Positions 25,370 to 33,571 of a stretch of 33,571 bases of DNA are shown here, piece by piece. The position numbers were made by a program, and so were the translations under genes. Under the pieces are notes generated by a model that saw only the letters and a program-made list of their open reading frames with translations, was not told the DNA's origin and did no database searches. Origin of the DNA: a virus (lineage: Duplodnaviria > Caudoviricetes); the IMG/VR virus record IMGVR_UViG_3300025642_000015, positions 1-33,571 of that record. One strand, given 5' to 3'. Position 1 is the first letter of the stretch. Each line of letters starts with the position of its first letter.

Positions 25370-25977
25370 AAATTGATCCTGAATTTAAATCATTAATACC
25401 ACCATTGTCCGGTGCAGAGAGTACGCTTATATTTAGTCGGATACGCAACGATACACATTACATAGGAATATCCCCAAGTAAAAAGACACGCATAGATATA
25501 TATCCTACAAAAATAGGCAGGGGATGGATACATTATTCTATAAAAACGCTTAGTGGTGATCCTGAGCCATATGAAAAATATACAGAATCCCCGGTATCAA
25601 TTAGCAGGGCTTTAGGAACTCCATCCTTTCGAAAATGTTTAAACTATAAATTCAAGACAGAAAAATATGACCCAGTGGGCTTTGATTTTTTTAAAAGAAA
25701 ACCCGTTGATGCGAAATTAAAGACAACAAACATTTATATTATCCAGTCAGAAATTGGCGGTCCTGTAAAAATAGGCAAAGCTGATGATGTTGACTCAAGG
25801 TTAGAACAACACCAGATAGGCTGCCCGGTTATCTTAAATGTCGTTAAAGTATATTCAGACGTAAAGCCTTCGTTTGAAAAAAAATTACATAAAAAATTTA
25901 TAAAATATAGGCTTCACGGGGAATGGTTTTCTGACAAAATATTAGACCTTTTGGAGGGCGTGAATGAAGAAGCATAA
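25366..25977 (+). CDS. T5orf172/MUG113 GIY-YIG domain protein
   Basis: IYII...VKIG...RL...E..LH..F...RLHGEWF. Confidence 0.8.
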   Translation: MKIDPEFKSLIPPLSGAESTLIFSRIRNDTHYIGISPSKKTRIDIYPTKIGRGWIHYSIKTLSGDPEPYEKYTESPVSISRALGTPSFRKCLNYKFKTEKYDPVGFDFFKRKPVDAKLKTTNIYIIQSEIGGPVKIGKADDVDSRLEQHQIGCPVILNVVKVYSDVKPSFEKKLHKKFIKYRLHGEWFSDKILDLLEGVNEEA

Positions 25978-27214
25978 ATTTAATATTTATCCAGAATTAA
26001 TTGGTGAACAACTTGGTACATTAACAAAAAGCATAATGGTTAAATACGATGATACGTTCCCAATAGTGTCCTTTGAAGGTTGTGTTCTTGACGGCTGGAA
26101 CCGGTATCTTGTTTGCAAAGAATTAGACGTAACACCCACCATGAAAGCATTTGAAGGCACCGACCTGGAAGCGATCCGGTTTGTTGACGCTTCTAATGCC
26201 AGGCGTGACTTGAGCAAGTTTCAACGGGTAGAAATAGCGCTGTCCAGAGAAAAAACCTTTGCTGCAATGGCAAAGGAAAATTTAAAAAAGTCTGGTGAAC
26301 AGTATGGAAAGGGTTATCAGGTTCCTGATGACCCTATTAAACCTATAAACACTCTAAAAGAAGTAGCTAAAGTAGCAAACGTAAGTCACGACACTATCCA
26401 TAAAGCCAAGACCATAATTGCAGAAGCGTCCGAAGAAACAAAAGAAAAACTAAGAGCCGGTGACGTGTCTATTGGTGGTGCTTACAAAAAGATAAAAAAG
26501 CAAACGCAAATAAAAGAGGCAAAAGAAAAGAATTTAAAAGAGTCAAATTCAATTTCGATAAAACCCAAGCTTTACATTGAATCGGCAGCGGTTTTTAAAG
26601 ATAAGTTTGATTTAAAGTCCATAGACCTATTGCTTACAGATCCGCCGTATATAACAGATATTGATGATATAAACACTTTCGTGCAGTGGTTGCCCGAATA
26701 TTTAGAAAAATTAAAACCAACCGGACGAGCATACATTTTTACAGGTGCTTACCCTGAAGAAATAAAAGCATATTTATCTCTCTCTATCCCTGACCATTTA
26801 CAATTATCTCAAATCCTTGTTTGGACATATCGTAATACTTTAGGTGTCGCGCCTAAACAACATTATAAAAATAACTGGCAAGCAATTTTATACTACGAAG
26901 GCAAAAACGCTACTCAACTTAATTGCCCTGAAACAGCAGAACAATGGAGCGTTCAAGACATAACTGCACCTGATGGCAGGCAAGGTGACCGATTTCACAA
27001 ATGGCAGAAACCGATTGAAATCGCAGAACGGTTTATCCGGCATAGCACCCAAAAAGGTGACACAGTTATTGATCCCTTTACCTGCACGGGGACATTTATA
27101 ATGGCTGCTTCAAAACTAGGCCGTATAGGGATTGGTTGCGATATAGACGAAACAAACACCCAGATAGCAAAGGATAGAGGATGCCAAATTATAACCACTG
27201 GGAGCAAGACTTAA
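25964..27214 (+). CDS. ParB-like N-terminus fused to N6/N4 DNA methyltransferase
   Basis: PIV...VLDGWNRY, N..RRDL, TDPPY (motif IV), HKWQKP, VIDPFTCTGT (variant motif I). Confidence 0.85.
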   Translation: MKKHKFNIYPELIGEQLGTLTKSIMVKYDDTFPIVSFEGCVLDGWNRYLVCKELDVTPTMKAFEGTDLEAIRFVDASNARRDLSKFQRVEIALSREKTFAAMAKENLKKSGEQYGKGYQVPDDPIKPINTLKEVAKVANVSHDTIHKAKTIIAEASEETKEKLRAGDVSIGGAYKKIKKQTQIKEAKEKNLKESNSISIKPKLYIESAAVFKDKFDLKSIDLLLTDPPYITDIDDINTFVQWLPEYLEKLKPTGRAYIFTGAYPEEIKAYLSLSIPDHLQLSQILVWTYRNTLGVAPKQHYKNNWQAILYYEGKNATQLNCPETAEQWSVQDITAPDGRQGDRFHKWQKPIEIAERFIRHSTQKGDTVIDPFTCTGTFIMAASKLGRIGIGCDIDETNTQIAKDRGCQIITTGSKT

Positions 27215-27702
27215 AAGATTCAGCCAAGGCTTTAAAAAGTATTGAACACACATATTTACCAAAGGTAATTTCTGGTAAAATTCATTCAATAGAATCAAGC
27301 AATAATAAAGTATTGATCCTTTTTGACCAAAAAAGCGGCATTGATTATATCCGCGAAAACGAAACCGGCTTACAGGGTATCGCGGCAAGAGTTCAGTGGG
27401 GTAATAATTGGGATACGTTTACTATCAGAGCCAGCAGACACACCGGGACAAAAACAGAGTTTGAGAAGAGGCAGGAGTCTATAAAAGAAGGATATTTTTA
27501 TCCAGCGTTTACTTTGCAGGCGTATTTTGACGACAGAACAACAAATAAATTTTTATCACTGGGTATTATTAAAACATTGGATCTATACCAATTTATAAAA
27601 AATACACCGAATAAAGTTCACCAGCGCAAATCTGATAATTTATTTTTTTATGTATATTGGAAAGATTTAACAGAACTTATTAAAATACAGGAGCCGCAAT
27701 GA
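27181..27702 (+). CDS. hypothetical protein, possible PD-(D/E)XK-like nuclease paired with the MTase
   Basis: Overlaps the MTase end. DQKSGIDY...GIAARVQW...FTIR pattern. Confidence 0.5.
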   Translation: MPNYNHWEQDLKDSAKALKSIEHTYLPKVISGKIHSIESSNNKVLILFDQKSGIDYIRENETGLQGIAARVQWGNNWDTFTIRASRHTGTKTEFEKRQESIKEGYFYPAFTLQAYFDDRTTNKFLSLGIIKTLDLYQFIKNTPNKVHQRKSDNLFFYVYWKDLTELIKIQEPQ

Positions 27703-27869
27703 GTGAATGGTTCGAAATAACAGATAGCTCAGACATTGAGATATCCGAAGACGGGACAAGCATTGAGGTCTGGTTTGATTCCGACCGAAACGGGAATAAG
27801 TACGTCGATATCTCGCTTGCATTGATAGCGGAAGTAATCGGAACTCAGCTTAAAAAGGAAAAGAAATGA
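27699..27869 (+). CDS. small acidic hypothetical protein (56 aa)
   Basis: AGGAG RBS, ATGA overlaps at both ends. Confidence 0.55.
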   Translation: MSEWFEITDSSDIEISEDGTSIEVWFDSDRNGNKYVDISLALIAEVIGTQLKKEKK

Positions 27870-28012
27870 AAAACCTATCAGTATCAATCAACCACTGGAC
27901 AGCATTAAAAGCCGCGCTTAAACCGTCCGTAGACTTCCGCAAGAAACCTATCCGCAAGTTGCTTGAAGCTATTGAGGCGGATCAGCGGCCCTGGTGGAAG
28001 TTTTGGAAATGA
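27866..28012 (+). CDS. small protein ending RPWWKFWK
   Basis: ATGA-coupled 48-aa ORF. Confidence 0.5.
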   Translation: MKNLSVSINHWTALKAALKPSVDFRKKPIRKLLEAIEADQRPWWKFWK

Positions 28013-28116
28013 AACAAATAAGCAAGATCAAAATAGCCGTGAGAGTTTGGCTTCAAGGTAGGGAGTGGAAGGATGCGTGGTGGTACGCAACTCAAATTGT
28101 GGAGGGCTGGAAATGA
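28009..28116 (+). CDS. small Trp-rich hypothetical protein (35 aa)
   Basis: ATGA-coupled ORF. Confidence 0.45.
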   Translation: MKQISKIKIAVRVWLQGREWKDAWWYATQIVEGWK

Positions 28117-28259
28117 AGCCTAAAAAAATGAACCCAGAAGTATTTCCGAATAACACCGGTATTCGCAAGCTCTACAATGACCTGAAGCTGGAAGTTGAAG
28201 CTTTGCGAGAGGAAAATAAATACTTGCGGAATCGGACAACGAAGCTGCTCGAAAAGTAG
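28113..28259 (+). CDS. small coiled-coil protein
   Basis: GGAGG RBS, MKPKKMNPEV...LKLEVEALREENKYLR. Confidence 0.5.
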   Translation: MKPKKMNPEVFPNNTGIRKLYNDLKLEVEALREENKYLRNRTTKLLEK

Positions 28260-28300
28260 AACAAATTACTGGAAAAAGTTTTGAATAATTGCGGGGTTGG

Positions 28301-29146
28301 ATGAAAATAAGCCTACTCACAGATGCACCAAAACATAACCTTGCGCTTATGAAAATTTCAGCATGGCATAAGGCTGATGGTGATACCGTCACTTTAAATA
28401 TGCCTCTTTTTAAGGCTGATTACACTTATGCGTCTGTGTTGTATAGCCGAAATACAAAGATGTTTATAGCTGATGAATACGGTGGCCCCGCTTTTGATAG
28501 TTCGTGTCTCCCTGGTGAAGTTGAGCGTATGCGACCAGACTATTCTTTATACCACATTAATTACAGTCTCGGTTACACCTTCCGGCCATGCTTTAATTCA
28601 TGCGATTTCTGCAAAGTTCCAAAAATGGATCATCCAGACGTTAGGCATCATTCAATTCGAGAATTCGAAACCCCAGAATTTAAAAAAATATGCCTATTGA
28701 ACAATAACACTTTTCAAGATCCTCAATGGAAAGAAACTTTTCAAGAAATTTGGGATTTAGATTTAACCGTCATTGATGAAAACGGTTACGACATCCGGCT
28801 ACTGGACGATGAAAAAACAGACGCTTTACACAGAACTAAATGGGCCACACCTTTACATTTCGCATGGGATCGCATGGTTGATGAACCGTTGGTAATTGAG
28901 GGGTTAAAATTAATTTCAAAGCATCATTTAAGATCAACATCAAACGGGGTTTATGTCCTAATTGGGTATGATACGACACCTGAAGAAGATTTGTATAGAT
29001 GCCAAGTTATTGATGATTACGGTCTAACACCATATCCCATGCCCTATATCCGCAACAGGTACACCAAAAGATTCAAGCGGTTTATGAACCTTCATTTTTA
29101 TAGGAAATATAAAACAATCGAATTGGCGTGGAAAGAATACTTATGA
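28301..29146 (+). CDS. phage radical SAM protein
   Basis: NLALMKISAWHK..GD.V, CFNSCDFC (CxxxCxxC), HFAWD, VYVLIGY, PYPMPY. Confidence 0.8.
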   Translation: MKISLLTDAPKHNLALMKISAWHKADGDTVTLNMPLFKADYTYASVLYSRNTKMFIADEYGGPAFDSSCLPGEVERMRPDYSLYHINYSLGYTFRPCFNSCDFCKVPKMDHPDVRHHSIREFETPEFKKICLLNNNTFQDPQWKETFQEIWDLDLTVIDENGYDIRLLDDEKTDALHRTKWATPLHFAWDRMVDEPLVIEGLKLISKHHLRSTSNGVYVLIGYDTTPEEDLYRCQVIDDYGLTPYPMPYIRNRYTKRFKRFMNLHFYRKYKTIELAWKEYL

Positions 29147-29269
29147 TGACCAGAATAGAGACACTACAGGCCGAAATAGCCAAGGCCAGGGCATACCTCA
29201 ACGATCCGGTTCGACAGCTAAGGCTATTTTGTTCTTGACAAACAAATATTACTATGATAAGAGGGTGCT

Positions 29270-29407
29270 ATGGAATTAAAACAGAACAAATGTTTGAGGT
29301 GCGGTCATACTTGGGTGCAAAGAATACTCACCAAGCCAGTGCTTTGCCCAAAGTGTAAATCACCGACCTGGGATAAAGAACGCAAGCAACCTGCGGAAAA
29401 CAAATAA
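29270..29407 (+). CDS. zinc-ribbon small protein (45 aa)
   Basis: CLRCGHTW...P..CPKCKSP.W, with GAGGG RBS. Confidence 0.65.
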   Translation: MELKQNKCLRCGHTWVQRILTKPVLCPKCKSPTWDKERKQPAENK

Positions 29408-29778
29408 TGAATAAAGATTTTCGATTATCGGTTTCATTATCAACCCATCCAAAAACAAAAAAACTTATGCGGAGGCTTGGTGACAGGTCTTTTTTTAATC
29501 TTGTAAGCCTTTGGTCGTTTGTTGCAATGAATAAACCAGATGGGAATTTGTCAGAATTAGATGCTGAAGATATAGAAATCGCCGCTGATTGGGAGGGAGA
29601 CGGTGGCCTTTTTTTTAAAACATTAATCGAATTAAAATTTATAGATAAATCGGACGATGGTGTTTTTATACATGACTGGAAAGATCATAACGGGTTTGCA
29701 TCTCACTCAAAAGAACGAAGCGAAAAGGCTAAGATGGCCGCAGAGACAAGGTGGAAAAATGCTAAAACATTCAGGTAG
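29407..29778 (+). CDS. phage replication initiator-like N-terminal (winged-helix type) protein
   Basis: HPKTKKL.RRLG....LVSLW...DG.L....IE.AADWEG...IHDWKDHN. Lies upstream of the helicase/primase. Confidence 0.6.
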   Translation: MNKDFRLSVSLSTHPKTKKLMRRLGDRSFFNLVSLWSFVAMNKPDGNLSELDAEDIEIAADWEGDGGLFFKTLIELKFIDKSDDGVFIHDWKDHNGFASHSKERSEKAKMAAETRWKNAKTFR

Positions 29779-29936
29779 CATTGCTAAAACATGCTCAGGG
29801 CATTGCTTACGGGTAACACTAAAGAATGCCCCTTCTCCTAGTCCTTCTCCTTATCCTATTCCTACTCCAAAAGCCTTTTTCCTAACCACAAAACAACCCG
29901 TAATAGCGCCATACTAGAACACGCACGCGAGGGAAA

Positions 29937-31460
29937 ATGAAAATGCCGGAAACCTTCAAACTCAGAAAATATCAAGAAAACGCTGTCAGCCTGGTCAGGG
30001 AAAAACTGAAACAAAAAAACAGAAAGGTTCTCTTGGTGCTTGCCACAGGATCGGGGAAAACTCATATCTTGGCAGACATAGCCAGCAAGACGGTTGAAAA
30101 CGGCCACAGGGTTTTGGCATTGATGCACCGCCGGCAGCTTGTCACTCAAATGGTGGATAGGTTTGCAGGCTGTGATGTTGATGCCGGCATGATCATGTCA
30201 GGCATGGATAACGAACTAAACAAGCCCTGCCAGGTCGGAACAATTCAAACATATTCTCGAAGACTCAACCTGTGTGAGATTGCGGAAAACCAATTTTTCA
30301 TAGACGCATCTGTTATTTTCATTGATGAAGCGCATCATGTATTATCAAAAACCTACCAGAATATTTTAAAATTATACCCTGATAAAATTGTGATAGGTGT
30401 CACGGCCACACCCTGCCTTTCATCCGGTGTTGGAATGGGGAAATATTTTGACGCCATTGTTCAGCCTGTCGGCATAAGCGAATTGATGGATGACGGCTTT
30501 TTGGTTAAGGGTGAATACTACGGCCCGAGCGCACCGGACCTGTCTAAAATAAAAACAGTTTTGGGCGATTACGAGAAAAAGGCACTTGGTAAAACCATGA
30601 ACACACCCAAACTGGTGGGTGATGTTGTCGGCAACTGGGCAAAAATAGCCGGTGGTTTGCAAACAATGGTATTCGCTGTTGACGTAAAACACTCAAAGGC
30701 GCTGGTTGAGGAATTTGTCAGGCACGACATAAACGCTGAACACCTGGATGCATATTCGGACGATGACGAGCGAGAGGAAACCATAAACAGGTTTAGAAAT
30801 GGTGATACGCAGGTGATTTGTAACGTAGGGCTTTACACTGAAGGCACGGATATTCCTGAAATTCAGTGCATAGATTTGGCCCGACCGACAAAAAGCTTGG
30901 GGTTGCATTTGCAAATGATAGGAAGGGGCGCCCGGCCATATCCCGAGAAGGATAAGTTTGTTGTAATTGATCACGGCGGAAATATTGAACGGCTTGGTTT
31001 TTACGAGGATGAAATTAATTGGGGGCTTTCGGGTAAGGAAGTGGCACATCGCAAAAAGAAGCCGCGCAAAAAAGAAGCGCATTTATTCACATGCGAAATG
31101 TGTTCAACTATTTTTTCAGGGAAACGCTGCCCCATGTGTTTTTATGAGATTAAAGATTGGGGCCGGAAGGTTGAGGCACTTGACGCGGAGCTTGTGAATT
31201 TAAAAAAGAAACCTCAAAAGAAATTTACAACCGACGAGAAGCAGAAATGGTTTAGTATGTTGAGACATTACGGTGATAGCAGGGGGTATTCTCAAGGATG
31301 GGCAGCTCATAAATTCAGAGAGAAAATGGGCGTCTGGCCACGGGGGATAGTTAAAGACGGGCCAGCGGTAAGGCCGGATAACGAAGTCAAGGGTTGGATA
31401 ATTCACGGTATAATCAGATTTGCAAAATCCAAAAAAGTTCAGGAGGCACGGGCCGCATGA
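29937..31460 (+). CDS. SF2 DEAD/DEAH-like helicase (RadD/YejH-type) with Zn finger
   Basis: LATGSGKT, IDEAHH, TATP, EGTDIP, QMIGRGAR, CEMC..CPMC. Confidence 0.9.
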   Translation: MKMPETFKLRKYQENAVSLVREKLKQKNRKVLLVLATGSGKTHILADIASKTVENGHRVLALMHRRQLVTQMVDRFAGCDVDAGMIMSGMDNELNKPCQVGTIQTYSRRLNLCEIAENQFFIDASVIFIDEAHHVLSKTYQNILKLYPDKIVIGVTATPCLSSGVGMGKYFDAIVQPVGISELMDDGFLVKGEYYGPSAPDLSKIKTVLGDYEKKALGKTMNTPKLVGDVVGNWAKIAGGLQTMVFAVDVKHSKALVEEFVRHDINAEHLDAYSDDDEREETINRFRNGDTQVICNVGLYTEGTDIPEIQCIDLARPTKSLGLHLQMIGRGARPYPEKDKFVVIDHGGNIERLGFYEDEINWGLSGKEVAHRKKKPRKKEAHLFTCEMCSTIFSGKRCPMCFYEIKDWGRKVEALDAELVNLKKKPQKKFTTDEKQKWFSMLRHYGDSRGYSQGWAAHKFREKMGVWPRGIVKDGPAVRPDNEVKGWIIHGIIRFAKSKKVQEARAA

Positions 31461-32401
31461 GAATTGACGCCGATGATTTGGAAAGAGCATGTCAAGGGCG
31501 ATGGGCGGCTATTTTTGAACGGCTTGGAGTTGATGTAGGCCACGGTGAGCATAAATGTTGTCCGGCGTGTTCTCCTGGGGAGCCTACAAGCGACAGGTTC
31601 AGGTTTGATAATAAAAATAATTCAGGGTCATATTATTGCAATGGGTGTGGCGCTGGCCTAGGTTTATCACTGGTTAGAAAAGTTTTTGGGTTATCATTTC
31701 CCGATACGCTCAAAAAAGTTGCTGATGCGATTGGCTATATTCCACCAGACAAGAATAAACCATTCGTGCCTGCAAAAGACCCAGCTATCAGATTAAACGA
31801 GCTATGGAAAAGTTCAAAACCCTTGAAAAACGGTGATCCGGTTATGTTGTATCTGAACAGCAGGGGCATTAAAGAGCTCCCCCTGGATGTTAGATTTTGC
31901 CCTGAGTGTTGGGAGCCAGACACGAAACGAAACTATTTTGCAATGGTGGCTATGGTCAGGGACGTGTCCGGAAAGCCGGTATCGCTGCATAGAACGTATT
32001 TGAACGGCAACAGCGGCAAGGCGGATATTGAGAAGCCTAAAAAGCTGATGACCGGGAAAAAGAATATTTCGGGGTGCGCTGTTCGGTTATTTAAAGCGGG
32101 ATCGTCGGTCGGTGTCGCTGAAGGAATTGAAACCGCTTTATCTGTTTATGTTTTACACAATATTCCATGCTGGGCAACTATCAGCACTTCTGGCATGATG
32201 TCGTTTGAACCCCCCGCCGGAGTTGATGTTGTGGATATTTTCCCAGACAAGGATGAAAATTATGCCGGATATAAGGCAGGGTTTGCCTTAGCTCATAAAC
32301 TTAAAATGAAAGGCACGGGGGTGTGTCTTTATTTCCCGGCGAGGCAAGGTGATTTTAACGACGAACTGATGAGGGGGAGCCATAAACGATGGTCGAAATA
32401 G
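31457..32401 (+). CDS. DNA primase (P4 alpha-type Zn finger + TOPRIM)
   Basis: H..CPAC...DRFRFD...CNGCG, LHRTYL, VAEGIETALS, FPDKD, DFND. Confidence 0.85.
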   Translation: MRIDADDLERACQGRWAAIFERLGVDVGHGEHKCCPACSPGEPTSDRFRFDNKNNSGSYYCNGCGAGLGLSLVRKVFGLSFPDTLKKVADAIGYIPPDKNKPFVPAKDPAIRLNELWKSSKPLKNGDPVMLYLNSRGIKELPLDVRFCPECWEPDTKRNYFAMVAMVRDVSGKPVSLHRTYLNGNSGKADIEKPKKLMTGKKNISGCAVRLFKAGSSVGVAEGIETALSVYVLHNIPCWATISTSGMMSFEPPAGVDVVDIFPDKDENYAGYKAGFALAHKLKMKGTGVCLYFPARQGDFNDELMRGSHKRWSK

Positions 32402-32409
32402 GGGGATAA

Positions 32410-32817
32410 ATGGTCAACAAATGGATAGGAATAGGAAATTTAGGCAAAGACCCGGAAATAAAATACACGACAAGCGGAACGGCGGTTTGCAATTTTTCAA
32501 TAGCCTGCACCGAAAAGTGGAAAAATAAAGCCGGGCAATGGCAGGAAAAAACAGAGTGGGTTAAACTTGTAGCCTGGGGCAAGTTGGGCGAAATCTGCGG
32601 GGAATATCTGAGCAAGGGCAAAATGGTATACATCGAGGGGAAATTATCGACCCGGGAATGGGAAGGCAAGGACGGCGGCAAGCGATACACGACCGAGATT
32701 GTGGCAAGGGAAATGAAGATGCTTTCTGGAAAATCTGAGCAGAAACCGGCAGGCCGTGAGGAAAACTATAACAGCGTTCCTGTCACGGATGACAAGGATG
32801 ATTCTATACCATTTTGA
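32410..32817 (+). CDS. ssb: single-stranded DNA-binding protein
   Basis: VNK.I.IGNLGKDPE, KG..VYIEGKL.TR.W, acidic tail ending IPF. Confidence 0.95.
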   Translation: MVNKWIGIGNLGKDPEIKYTTSGTAVCNFSIACTEKWKNKAGQWQEKTEWVKLVAWGKLGEICGEYLSKGKMVYIEGKLSTREWEGKDGGKRYTTEIVAREMKMLSGKSEQKPAGREENYNSVPVTDDKDDSIPF

Positions 32818-32832
32818 TGCAAAGGGGGAGCC

Positions 32833-33417
32833 ATGAGAGAGATAAAATTTAGAGCGTGGGATGGGACAAGGATGTTTATCGTGACGGATATTTCGTGGTG
32901 CGCTTGTGCCCCGATTAGACCGGTATCAGTTGAAGGGTTTACAATGGTGGATGGCAGTTCTCATTGTGCTATATGGGACGAGGGTGATGAACCAGATATA
33001 ATTCTGATGCAATATACCGGATTATTAGATCGAAATGGAAAAGAGATCTACGAGGGGGATATTTTAAAGAGGCGGGATCATTCTTACAAACATACCGTAA
33101 AGTGGGCTGGTGAATCTTGTGGTTTTCATTTAGCTTGGGTGTCGGATAGCATAAAGGCGGGGTATCAGATTGAAGTCATCGGGAATATTCACGAGGGGGA
33201 AGCCATGAATATTGATTTGTTGGATGAAATAGTGAGTGCAGCAAAACAGGTAGGGTATTGTGACACGCTCGGAGACGATGACCGAATCAAGGTTGAGGCT
33301 GAAAAAAAGTTATCGCAGCTTGTTTGCAAGGCAATGACGACCATTGCGGAAAGGCGCTGCGAATGCGGAGTTTGGCAGGCAGATAAATACTGCGGTGCTT
33401 GTGGCGGGCTGCTGTGA
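32833..33417 (+). CDS. YopX-family protein (with C-terminal extension)
   Basis: MREIKFRAWD...LMQYTGLLDRNGKEIYEGDIL...EVIGNIHE. Confidence 0.85.
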   Translation: MREIKFRAWDGTRMFIVTDISWCACAPIRPVSVEGFTMVDGSSHCAIWDEGDEPDIILMQYTGLLDRNGKEIYEGDILKRRDHSYKHTVKWAGESCGFHLAWVSDSIKAGYQIEVIGNIHEGEAMNIDLLDEIVSAAKQVGYCDTLGDDDRIKVEAEKKLSQLVCKAMTTIAERRCECGVWQADKYCGACGGLL

Positions 33418-33571
33418 TAATAGCAATAATAATAATCATGGCCGTGGCAGCCGGCCTGTTCATCAAAGCGCTGATATCTGCGGATCGGGAGTTTGAGATT
33501 GAGGATGAAATGCAGGTCAAGCCGTGGCGATATGAGGAGGGCGACGATGCCAAAAAATAAACTGCCTATCA

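Noticed and set aside
29235-29263. Internal sigma70 promoter
   Set aside because: TTGACA is present but there is no good -10 hexamer at 16-18 nt spacing.
33190-33417. YopX C-terminal extension as a novel fusion
   Set aside because: An internal GAGGGGG RBS and ATG at about 33205 suggest two adjacent in-frame genes with a lost stop, which is common in these regions.
1-33571. Second DGR variable repeat
   Set aside because: No other TR-like segment was noticed by eye. A computational scan of the whole genome is still needed.

Overview
This window is a segment of a tailed (podovirus-like) phage or prophage genome. The host may be a Desulfobacterota-type anaerobe, which is an inference only. From left to right it holds: (1) the end of the late/virion operon on the + strand, with internal/ejection-type proteins including a 3089-aa polyvalent protein (RadC/JAB, zincin HExxH, ART-like and LPD38-like domains); (2) a complete diversity-generating retroelement (DGR), with target gene 12305-14077, VR 13955-14074, TR 14107-14226 and RT 14336-15406, no avd gene, and a small beta-rich ORF abutting the RT; (3) a lysis block (holin-like gene, M15 peptidase endolysin, DUF1353); (4) a leftward early operon with ERF, YqaJ, NinB-like and HNH genes plus an accessory array punctuated by two attC-like integron sites and a four-copy intergenic repeat; (5) divergent promoters and a rightward operon with Cro-like HTH, GIY-YIG, ParB-MTase, radical SAM, replication initiator, SF2 helicase, primase, SSB and YopX. 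The most notable items are the Avd-less DGR, whose TR is enclosed by a perfect 13-bp inverted repeat and whose target has a Sec signal peptide; integron-type cassettes in a phage with no integrase in view; and a 40-bp direct repeat bounding an in-frame domain module in the polyvalent protein. All family assignments come from motif recognition by eye, not database searches.
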